Shown here: piece after piece, positions 36,566 through 43,809 of the stretch
How the letters are laid out: every line of letters starts with the position of its first letter
How positions within the stretch are numbered: the stretch's first letter is position 1
IMG/VR virus record: IMGVR_UViG_3300028797_000106
Length of the DNA: 54,293 nt
DNA from: a virus
Taxonomy: Duplodnaviria > Heunggongvirae > Uroviricota > Caudoviricetes
Strand: one strand, 5' to 3'
Notes under the pieces: generated by a model
What the model was told of the DNA's origin: nothing
Databases searched by the model: none
The model's input: the letters and a program-made list of their open reading frames with translations, nothing else
Program-made: the position numbers and the translations under genes

Positions 36566-36894
36566 CAAAGCGTGTAATCATAATTATAGCAGTGGCAGCC
36601 GCGCTGCTTTATACCGTGCTACTACTATGCTTGGGAGTGTTCGGTAGTGCAGCTGCTTCAGCAACCCTTGCTGTTGTTCTCGCTATCGGCAAGTGGGTTT
36701 TAGTGGCAGCGGGATATGCTTTTGCCATTTGGCTACCCTTCCGTATTTGGCAGGCAAAGCAGCTAGATGCAAAGGCTAAAGAACACTACAAGGCTGTTGA
36801 AGAACAGATGGAAAAGCTGAAGCAAAAAAGTGAACAGCAAAAAATTGAAGAAGCAATACTTAAAGCCTATCAAAAGGCAGAGGACAATATCTAA
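36562..36894 (+). CDS. Membrane protein (two TM helices + coiled coil)
   Basis: Hydrophobic N-terminal 60 aa, charged C-terminal helix. Confidence 0.7.
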   Translation: MTKRVIIIIAVAAALLYTVLLLCLGVFGSAAASATLAVVLAIGKWVLVAAGYAFAIWLPFRIWQAKQLDAKAKEHYKAVEEQMEKLKQKSEQQKIEEAILKAYQKAEDNI

Positions 36895-37316
36895 TGGCAC
36901 AAACACTTGAAGAAGAAGTGAATAAACCGACCCACTATCGCTCACACGAAAGTGGCATTGAGGCTATCGAGATTACAAGGCATCTACCCGGTGACTTGTC
37001 TAACGCTTGGAAGTATGGCATGCGTTATGAAGACAAGGGTACCCCGAAGAAGGACCTGAAGAAGCTCGTGTGGTATATGAACGACTACCTAAAGCATTTC
37101 GTTGACGACAACAATGTAGTGGTAGCACCGTTTGAAGTACCGTCTGAAATCAAACTATTGATGATGGCAGTGCAGGCTTCAGAACCGAATGAGACCATGG
37201 CTAATTTGTTCGCGGAGATCATTCAAATTGTAGTCGCACAAGGCGTCGTCAATCCTTGCAAGCTAAGACAAGCGATTGATGCAGTTGCAGTTTTGGCAGA
37301 AAGTTTTTCAAATTAA
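36894..37316 (+). CDS. DUF3310 (SaV-like) domain protein
   Basis: VNKPTHY, IEAIEI, NAWKY.MR...KG..KKDLKK..WY. Confidence 0.8.
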   Translation: MAQTLEEEVNKPTHYRSHESGIEAIEITRHLPGDLSNAWKYGMRYEDKGTPKKDLKKLVWYMNDYLKHFVDDNNVVVAPFEVPSEIKLLMMAVQASEPNETMANLFAEIIQIVVAQGVVNPCKLRQAIDAVAVLAESFSN

Positions 37317-37320
37317 ACCA

Positions 37321-37348
37321 TTGCAAGATTGTAAAAATTTATTATATT
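37321..37348 (+). promoter_or_regulatory. sigma70-like promoter
   Basis: TTGCAA-16 bp-TATATT. Confidence 0.5.
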
Positions 37349-37379
37349 TAATTGTTAAGTTTAACAAAGGAACAAATTT

Positions 37380-37649
37380 ATGAATAATCTAACTATTACA
37401 TCTACTTCTATTCTCCCTATTGAAAACGGTATTGGCGGTTGTGTTGCTATTGCACAACTTACTTTGAATGATGCCATCAAGTTGACAGGTATTAAGCTCA
37501 TGGACCGTAACGGCAAGCGTTTTATCACTTACCCACGCAATATGAGTAATAAGCAGAAGAAGAGTTACTTCTACCCGTTGAACAATGATGCTTCTGATTT
37601 TATCGCAGAACGTCTCTGGGCAGATTTTGATAAGGGAGCCCAGGCTTAA
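37380..37649 (+). CDS. spoVG: SpoVG-family nucleic-acid-binding protein
   Basis: A.A.LTLNDAIKLTGIKLM..NGKRFITYP.......YFYPLN matches the SpoVG pattern. Confidence 0.8.
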   Translation: MNNLTITSTSILPIENGIGGCVAIAQLTLNDAIKLTGIKLMDRNGKRFITYPRNMSNKQKKSYFYPLNNDASDFIAERLWADFDKGAQA

Positions 37650-37654
37650 TCATC

Positions 37655-37960
37655 ATGGCTAAAAAGAGGCCGTCATATTCTTGTCCTCAGCTGATCCCCA
37701 AGAAGAAAAAGGAGATGCTGAAGATCGTCCAGAACCCAGAGGCGATGCGCAAGCTGATTGCTTTGAATAAAGCCGCTGCTGAGGTTCTGGAGAAGAAGGA
37801 GAAGATTCGCGCTCTAACTGTTGAAGAGTGGTTAGAGCGCTCTTTTGCTATCTTACCTGAAAGTTATGACAGCGACGAACTCAAAGAAAAAATCAAAGCT
37901 TGTTTTGAAGGTGGTGTGGATGACTCATACAATGAACGGGAAACAGGTCAGCACGAATGA
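37655..37960 (+). CDS. Hypothetical protein
   Basis: 101 aa ORF. Confidence 0.65.
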   Translation: MAKKRPSYSCPQLIPKKKKEMLKIVQNPEAMRKLIALNKAAAEVLEKKEKIRALTVEEWLERSFAILPESYDSDELKEKIKACFEGGVDDSYNERETGQHE

Positions 37961-38156
37961 GCTAATATGTTATGTTATTGCATCCGTTGTTGAAGATGTT
38001 CAAAAGAACTTTAACACTTATGCTAGTGTTTGCATTAAGGACTGGGATGATCTCAATGAGGCCGATCATGAGGCGATAAACAAATGGAAAGCGAGAGTAT
38101 TCTCAAAAGTTAATACAAGACTTGGTAAACGCAACATGGCGGAAGATAATGGTTGA
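37932..38156 (+). CDS. Hypothetical protein
   Basis: ATG 37932 is preferred; overlaps the upstream 3' end. Confidence 0.55.
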   Translation: MNGKQVSTNELICYVIASVVEDVQKNFNTYASVCIKDWDDLNEADHEAINKWKARVFSKVNTRLGKRNMAEDNG

Positions 38157-38466
38157 TTTTGAAATTGGAAAAACTTATAAAGCAAAATCTGGAAAGGACT
38201 TCACTGTTATAGATAATTGCGGAGAACTAGTTACTATTCAACACATTAAGCTAATCAGAAAGGCAAGGAAAATTCTTTATTGTGGCGTTCAAGCTGCCAT
38301 CTTTGATTTTGGTTCTGATATGATCCTCGCTGAGGAAATCAAACCGATTGAAGATGAGGAGATTGAATTTGGCTACGTCAAGCAATATACGATTAACAGT
38401 GATGGAGAAACATATGTCAATATCTTTAAAAGACACAAAGAAGAAGAAAAGACCGAAGAAGAATGA
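38149..38466 (+). CDS. Hypothetical protein
   Basis: SD GGAAG before ATG 38149. Confidence 0.6.
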   Translation: MVDFEIGKTYKAKSGKDFTVIDNCGELVTIQHIKLIRKARKILYCGVQAAIFDFGSDMILAEEIKPIEDEEIEFGYVKQYTINSDGETYVNIFKRHKEEEKTEEE

Positions 38467-39133
38467 TATTCCTGATGTTGATAAAAATATCAGCACGGAT
38501 GCAGCTGAAGCGGTCACGGAGGGCGATGCTGAAGTTGCTTTGCAGCAAGGCGTAAACCCGATGGTAATTCCCGGGTACTTTAATAACATTCGTGGTAACT
38601 ATTATGATGGAAACCGTATCATTTGGTTAACTCAAGAGATTGACTGGCCTGTCGTTACGGAAGTATTGCAGAAGTTGAATTTTTATGATGATGGCTCTAA
38701 GGATCCTATCTTTATCTACATCGCTTCACCTGGTGGATTGTGCGATGCAGGATGGGCTCTTATTGATATGATTGATGCGTTCAAGAAGAAAGGCTATATT
38801 ATTAACACGATTTGTGCCGGATCTTGTTCGTCTATGGCAGCTATGATTTTGTCGGCTGGTTCAAAGGGTTATCGCTTTGCATTCCCGTCATCAAGAATTA
38901 TGATTCATCAGGCAGGAATTGGCGGTTGGGGTTTGACCGGAAGAACTGATGAAATCGCAAATGAAGTGCGTGAATTGCAGTACTGGACTGACTTGAGCTC
39001 TAAGTACTTAGCTAAGGTCACTAACAAGAACGAAAAGGAAGTGATTAAGGCTATGTCTTACGATAACTATATGTCAGCGAAGGAAGCAGTTAAGTTCGGT
39101 ATCGTTGATAAGATTAAGGTTGTCCTAGCTTAA
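38414..39133 (+). CDS. clpP: ClpP-like protease proteolytic subunit
   Basis: RIIWL, IYIASPGG, CSSMAA (catalytic Ser), RIMIHQ (His), DNYMSA (Asp). SD GGAG before ATG 38414. Confidence 0.9.
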   Translation: MSISLKDTKKKKRPKKNDIPDVDKNISTDAAEAVTEGDAEVALQQGVNPMVIPGYFNNIRGNYYDGNRIIWLTQEIDWPVVTEVLQKLNFYDDGSKDPIFIYIASPGGLCDAGWALIDMIDAFKKKGYIINTICAGSCSSMAAMILSAGSKGYRFAFPSSRIMIHQAGIGGWGLTGRTDEIANEVRELQYWTDLSSKYLAKVTNKNEKEVIKAMSYDNYMSAKEAVKFGIVDKIKVVLA

Positions 39134-39510
39134 TGAAACCGACGCTTAAACAGATTGTCAAAGGATTGGCCGAAGAGAACGGGTTGGAGATTCCCACAAC
39201 CCGCCTTCGGTCTTCTTCCAAGAATGCCACCGCAATGAATAAAGTGATGGCTTGGGTCAAGAAACACCCTGATGAAGTTGAAGAAATCATTGAGGAAGTC
39301 ATTTCCTCGTCTTCCTATGGCGACCCGTTTTATGAATACTTCAATGATGAAGACAAGTTTGATGAACTGATTGAAATGCACGAGACAGAACCTGACCGCT
39401 TTTACGATATTGTTAAGAGCTATGAACTGTTCTTGAATGTATGTGCCAAAAAGGCCGGCTATGACTCGATGACAATACGAATAAACATTGACGATTTGCT
39501 GGACAAATAA
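39133..39510 (+). CDS. Acidic hypothetical protein
   Basis: 125 aa, TAATG-coupled. Confidence 0.7.
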   Translation: MKPTLKQIVKGLAEENGLEIPTTRLRSSSKNATAMNKVMAWVKKHPDEVEEIIEEVISSSSYGDPFYEYFNDEDKFDELIEMHETEPDRFYDIVKSYELFLNVCAKKAGYDSMTIRINIDDLLDK

Positions 39511-39527
39511 ATATACCAGAGGCAAGA

Positions 39528-40244
39528 ATGAGTTTTCGTGATTTTGTAAATGATAGCAGATTTAAGCAAGAACCACCTAAAAAGGAAGAACCTACTATGG
39601 ACAGATTACCACCAAGAAAGGTGACTCGTCAAGTGACGCAGATGTCACCCCAGCGTAGGAGACAGGTAGAACAGCGAGATGCTTATACCGAATCCCAGGA
39701 AATGCTGGAAACCCTCAATGAAAAACTGAAGCAAGTGCTTTATCGCTTTGGCATGAGCGGCCTTGAACAGGTTGACCAAGCCATCATCGAGACTTGCCGA
39801 AACATGATGAACGGAGGCGGTCTTTATCAGCCGGCACGCCCGTCAAAGCGTAAGCCAGGATTGACCGAATCAGTTGTTCAGCAGACTCGTCAGCAAGCCG
39901 CACCTGCTCGTCGCCCGTCATTCATTGACATCGCAGCAGCTGCTGTTTCGCAGATGGCTCCTATGGGAGATATGAGTGACCACCTACCGCCGCAGGTACC
40001 TGATGCACCAGTTGTCAATGCTCCTGCTGCACCGGCTGCTCAGCCTCAGATGGTAAATCCGAATGTTGTCTTGCCGGTATCACAGCCTGATGCAGGTGCA
40101 GATTACTATGATAACTTGGACCCAAGCACACTTGACCCTGATGCTCTTGAAGCAATGCTTAACGGCAAGGGCGGCGGTGATGTTGGAATCGGAATGGATC
40201 CTAACATGCTTGCGATGATTGGACAGGCAGCGAAAGGCAAATAA
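39528..40244 (+). CDS. Pro/Gln/Ala-rich, probably late/virion protein
   Basis: AATAAATA upstream, MSFRDFVND start, LTES motif, low-complexity C-terminal half. Confidence 0.7.
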   Translation: MSFRDFVNDSRFKQEPPKKEEPTMDRLPPRKVTRQVTQMSPQRRRQVEQRDAYTESQEMLETLNEKLKQVLYRFGMSGLEQVDQAIIETCRNMMNGGGLYQPARPSKRKPGLTESVVQQTRQQAAPARRPSFIDIAAAAVSQMAPMGDMSDHLPPQVPDAPVVNAPAAPAAQPQMVNPNVVLPVSQPDAGADYYDNLDPSTLDPDALEAMLNGKGGGDVGIGMDPNMLAMIGQAAKGK

Positions 40245-40504
40245 TGTCTAAGAAAACTCACGGCAAGAAGAAAGAACTGGTAAAGAAAGAACCAAAGGGC
40301 GTTGTGCTAGAAGGCACCGTTGGTGAAGCCTATGCCAACGCTCTGTTTGACGTAACCCTAGACAACGGTGTGGTGGTTAAATGTACCGTTGCTGGCAAAT
40401 TACGCCAACACAAAATTTTCATTCAGCCAGATGACAGGGTTGAGATTGAACTTGACCCTTACACCTTAACAAAAGGAAGAATCACCTGGAAGATAAAGAG
40501 GTAG
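40244..40504 (+). CDS. infA: Translation initiation factor IF-1 homolog
   Basis: LEGTV.EA..NALF.V.LDNG..V.C.VAGKLR...I.I..DDRV..EL.PY.L.KGRI. Confidence 0.92.
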   Translation: MSKKTHGKKKELVKKEPKGVVLEGTVGEAYANALFDVTLDNGVVVKCTVAGKLRQHKIFIQPDDRVEIELDPYTLTKGRITWKIKR

Positions 40505-40507
40505 CTT

Positions 40508-40726
40508 ATGTTTATTCCGCCATACAAGCCGGACCATCAGTTTTCATATTGGGAAGTTGTCAATAAGTTTCCTGAATATGCTGAGATGCTCCAGCAACAG
40601 AACAATTGGGCACAGTATGAACAAAAGCCTAATTTGGCGGGACTGCCTCCTGAAGTGGTGAAAATGATACCGCAGGCTGTGCGAGATGGTAAAGAAGATG
40701 ATCGCATAGATGCGTGGATCTTATAA
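40508..40726 (+). CDS. Hypothetical protein
   Basis: 72 aa, SD GAGG. Confidence 0.6.
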   Translation: MFIPPYKPDHQFSYWEVVNKFPEYAEMLQQQNNWAQYEQKPNLAGLPPEVVKMIPQAVRDGKEDDRIDAWIL

Positions 40727-40729
40727 ATA
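40722..40729 (+). promoter_or_regulatory. T4-type late promoter
   Basis: TATAAATA in context CTTATAAATACAAT, identical to 53110. Confidence 0.75.
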
Positions 40730-40733
40730 CAAT

Positions 40734-41288
40734 ATGGAAGATATTGAGCTTGCATACACATTATGGCAGAGACTTGAAGAAGCCACTAAGGACGAAAATA
40801 ACCTTAGGGCTCTTAAGCGCATTGTAGTCAATGCAGAAATGCTTTCTGCTATGATGGAAGCCAATGACATCCTGACCGAGGCTGATAAGCAGTTGTATTC
40901 ACTGCAAACATTGAATAAGAAACTCGGTATGGGAACACACAATCGCACGGTTGACAATGTTTTGGTCTTTGTCTTCTTGAAGGGTCTGACAACAATTCCT
41001 ACAAGAACAAAGGCTTATAGATTGGGCTTAATTGACAAAGAAGGACGCTTAATCAAGAAACCTGAAACAAAGGAAGAAGAAGATAGCATTTCCAATCTTG
41101 ACTTGTTGATGTTCAAGCTACGCAAATGGCTCCAAGCCAAAATCCAGTATCTGTCCACAATTTCATGGGTCAAAGGAACTGCTAACGATGTTCGCATTCA
41201 GAACTACTTCTCAAATACTGAAACGCCAGCAAGACAGTACATGGTTAAGCGCATCAATGCCGATTTGGAAAGGTTGCTATCAAAATGA
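40734..41288 (+). CDS. Conserved T4-like myovirus late protein
   Basis: TKAYRLGLIDKEG.LIKKP....E...LD.L.FKLRK resembles a conserved myovirus structural-region family; follows a late promoter. Confidence 0.65.
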   Translation: MEDIELAYTLWQRLEEATKDENNLRALKRIVVNAEMLSAMMEANDILTEADKQLYSLQTLNKKLGMGTHNRTVDNVLVFVFLKGLTTIPTRTKAYRLGLIDKEGRLIKKPETKEEEDSISNLDLLMFKLRKWLQAKIQYLSTISWVKGTANDVRIQNYFSNTETPARQYMVKRINADLERLLSK

Positions 41289-41512
41289 GTTGTCCCGAAT
41301 GTGAAGCACAAAGAGCCGTCTATGGATTTACACTCCAAGTCAACGGCGTTTACATGACCAAGGTTCCAGAGGTTAAGGCTTGCTGTCCAGTAAAGGTCAA
41401 GGTAACGAATTTTGACTCGCTAAAAGTTTATTTCACACACAACAACAAAGCCTTTGAAATGCCTAAGAAACAGTTCATGGCTACAAGCTGGCGTGTTTAC
41501 GATTCATATTGA
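41285..41512 (+). CDS. Small Cys-containing hypothetical protein
   Basis: MSCPECE..., ATGA-coupled. Confidence 0.6.
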   Translation: MSCPECEAQRAVYGFTLQVNGVYMTKVPEVKACCPVKVKVTNFDSLKVYFTHNNKAFEMPKKQFMATSWRVYDSY

Positions 41513-41519
41513 GGTAAGT

Positions 41520-42041
41520 ATGGAATTAGAAGAAGCAAAGCGTGAGCTTAATAAGAGCGGCTTGACCATTGACGAAGGCTACTCAAAAGATAAGTTCATC
41601 ATATCTGGAATTTTTGACTGCGAAGGCACAATGAAGAAGCTTTATTACTACCGTTCGTCCGAAAACTGGACCGACGACATATATGAAGCAACCGAATTCG
41701 TTGCATATCCTGTTCAGAATTTGATGAAAGCAAAAACAGTCTGCACGGAAGGCACAAAGAATACGCTTGGCTGTCCGACTGCAAAACTTGACCACATTGA
41801 AGTTCTTCAGGTGAAGACAATGGGCACAGGCTACAGAAAGACAATTAAACTCATCGGTAAAACACCGGTGAAAATTAACGAAGATTTTGGCATCGGCGTT
41901 GGAGCTCCGCTCGGCGCTGACCAAGGCATTCCTTGCGGCGGTGACTGCAAAGCAGTTGTTGCGAAAAGGATGGACGGCGGCAAACCGAAAACAAGATTTG
42001 ATTTTAAGAAGCTGAAGAAAAAGGCTAAGAAGAAGAAATAA
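41520..42041 (+). CDS. Leader-bearing putative internal head protein with basic tail
   Basis: MELEEAKRELNKSGLTIDE leader, second INE site, KKLKKKAKKKK tail; SD GAGG. Confidence 0.65.
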   Translation: MELEEAKRELNKSGLTIDEGYSKDKFIISGIFDCEGTMKKLYYYRSSENWTDDIYEATEFVAYPVQNLMKAKTVCTEGTKNTLGCPTAKLDHIEVLQVKTMGTGYRKTIKLIGKTPVKINEDFGIGVGAPLGADQGIPCGGDCKAVVAKRMDGGKPKTRFDFKKLKKKAKKKK

Positions 42042-42541
42042 TGAACGAGGATTTTGAGAGATCATCGCAGCTGGTAAACGGCTATTTTTATGTAGCCGAA
42101 TATCATCGCATGCATCCTACTGGAAAGCAGCAAGGCTATGATGTAAATCCTCTCATCTTCGTGTTAGGTCCTTGGAAGCACAACGAGAATTGTGTCGTTG
42201 CGGTGAACTTTCATCACATCGCTGACCTTGATGCTCGCTGCCAAATCCTGAAGACGATTTCAGATATCGCTGACATCTCAAAATTTGACATCAGAGCAAC
42301 TGAAATAACTGAGGATGTTTTCAGAAGCAAGTTTTCATTCGCAAGTGATGCAATAAGAGTGTATAACCGTATGTCGCTGCGTGAGGTTTACCGCGTAAAG
42401 TCAAACCGCGTAGGACGATATATAGATTGTGAAGGAAATTTCTTACAGGCATCTCCTTCATCAATTATGAACAAGTATTGGCTGAATTATTCAGAGAATA
42501 CAACGGTAGCGGCGAAACAAGTAGAAAACGAGGTTAAGTGA
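42041..42541 (+). CDS. DNA end-protector protein (T4 gp2-like)
   Basis: YDVNPLIFVL..VAVNFHHI resembles the gp2 YD.FPL...G.N.HY pattern; IRVY..R segment. Confidence 0.5.
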   Translation: MNEDFERSSQLVNGYFYVAEYHRMHPTGKQQGYDVNPLIFVLGPWKHNENCVVAVNFHHIADLDARCQILKTISDIADISKFDIRATEITEDVFRSKFSFASDAIRVYNRMSLREVYRVKSNRVGRYIDCEGNFLQASPSSIMNKYWLNYSENTTVAAKQVENEVK

Positions 42542-42813
42542 ATTACGGCAAAATCTATGACAAGATCATAAACCGTGCATTAACTCGAGAAGAATACATT
42601 GTTATAACTGAAGGGCACCACATCCTTCCGCGTTCTGAAGGCGGAAGCAACAAGAAATCAAATAAGGTAGAATTAACTCCTAAGGAACACCACCTCTGTC
42701 ACCTACTGCTGATTCGTAAAGGCATGTGCTTGAAATACTGCTTCCGCAACATGACGCTGCGTGAATATGTTTCAATGAAAATGGCAGAAAAGAAAAAGAA
42801 GCACTTAATTTAA
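42538..42813 (+). CDS. Small HNH endonuclease (Mob-like)
   Basis: IYDKII.RA..EGHHILPRSEGGSN..SN.V.LT.KEH..CH.LL. Confidence 0.85.
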   Translation: MNYGKIYDKIINRALTREEYIVITEGHHILPRSEGGSNKKSNKVELTPKEHHLCHLLLIRKGMCLKYCFRNMTLREYVSMKMAEKKKKHLI

Positions 42814-42826
42814 GATTAAATTTCTA

Positions 42827-42865
42827 ATGTTGAGTATTGACAAGATACTCAGCATTTTTTATTTT
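42827..42865 (+). promoter_or_regulatory. Hairpin-embedded sigma70 promoter/terminator
   Basis: 11-bp stem ATGTTGAGTAT/ATACTCAGCAT with loop TGACAAG; TTGACA-17 bp-TATTTT. Confidence 0.75.
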
Positions 42866-42886
42866 TACCAATAAAGAGGACAACTT

Positions 42887-43762
42887 ATGAAATTCAACGA
42901 AGAAATCTTTAAAGAATATGCAACTAAGTTTGGCTTGCCTGAGGCTACATTTAATGATTCTGCACAGACAAACTGGCGAGGCGATAAACTTATGGAATGG
43001 TTGATGCCGCTTGAACATACTGCTGATGGCGGCTACTTAATGCTAAGAATCGTCAGATGGCGTGACTATCGAGATCCGCGATATGACTGGAAGAAAGAAA
43101 CAGTCAACATCAATGAATTTCATAAATATGAAAGCAAGGATTATTGGTTCGTTACGATTAGACCAGCTGACGCCAATATGCAGTGCAGATATCATGTTAA
43201 CATTCCAACCATTCAAAAGCCAGTATGCAGCGCTGAAACAACGATTGATGAATTGCATGACGCAGCGCTTAGATATGTAAAGCGTAAAACACAAGAAAAG
43301 AAAAACCAGAAGAAATGGAAAATTCGTTCAGAAGCAGCCGCTGATTACACTGAAGATTTTAAGGAATTCTTTGTCAGACGCGGCTACCGAAATGTTCGCG
43401 TTGGCAGAGCAGTATCAGAAAAAGTTTGTCCTTGGCCGTATTGCTATCGCATCAATTTTTACAATGAACCTGGCCCAATTCAGCATGTTTCAATGATGGT
43501 TGAAGTATCCCGCTTGATGGACAAGTTCAATGTGTATTTCTATAATTCAGAACTTGAAAGATATGATAACATTCATGAAAAGGATAGCAGATATGCATTC
43601 TTCAAAGGTTCAATAGGTATGTTCAAAACAAAGGAAGATGCATTAGCCGCGCTTTCAGCTGCTTTAGATTATGCAGAGAATATCATTAAGCTGCGTGATG
43701 ATCTGAAAAGGAAGATGGATGCACTCAGAATAATTTCTGATGATACTTCTAAAGCGGAATAA
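42887..43762 (+). CDS. Hypothetical protein
   Basis: 291 aa, SD GAGGA. Confidence 0.8.
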   Translation: MKFNEEIFKEYATKFGLPEATFNDSAQTNWRGDKLMEWLMPLEHTADGGYLMLRIVRWRDYRDPRYDWKKETVNINEFHKYESKDYWFVTIRPADANMQCRYHVNIPTIQKPVCSAETTIDELHDAALRYVKRKTQEKKNQKKWKIRSEAAADYTEDFKEFFVRRGYRNVRVGRAVSEKVCPWPYCYRINFYNEPGPIQHVSMMVEVSRLMDKFNVYFYNSELERYDNIHEKDSRYAFFKGSIGMFKTKEDALAALSAALDYAENIIKLRDDLKRKMDALRIISDDTSKAE

Positions 43763-43774
43763 ATTTGTTATATT
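43727..43774 (+). promoter_or_regulatory. Putative middle-type promoter for the topoisomerase
   Basis: AGAATAATTT (within TCAGAA-TAAT-TTCTGA) 42 bp before -10 TATATT (43769). Confidence 0.45.
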
Positions 43775-43809
43775 TTATTTGTTGAGATATAATCAGACAT
43801 AAGGAAGAT

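Noticed and set aside
36562-36894. Holin assignment for the TM protein
   Set aside because: It is not adjacent to the endolysin and has no specific holin features; only its hydrophobicity supports the idea.
38348-38413. Track start of ClpP at 38348, and several other extended track starts (8516, 22300, 29721, 37845, 40710, 41454, 51087)
   Set aside because: Downstream ATGs with SD or promoter context fit better; the extensions overlap upstream genes or promoters.
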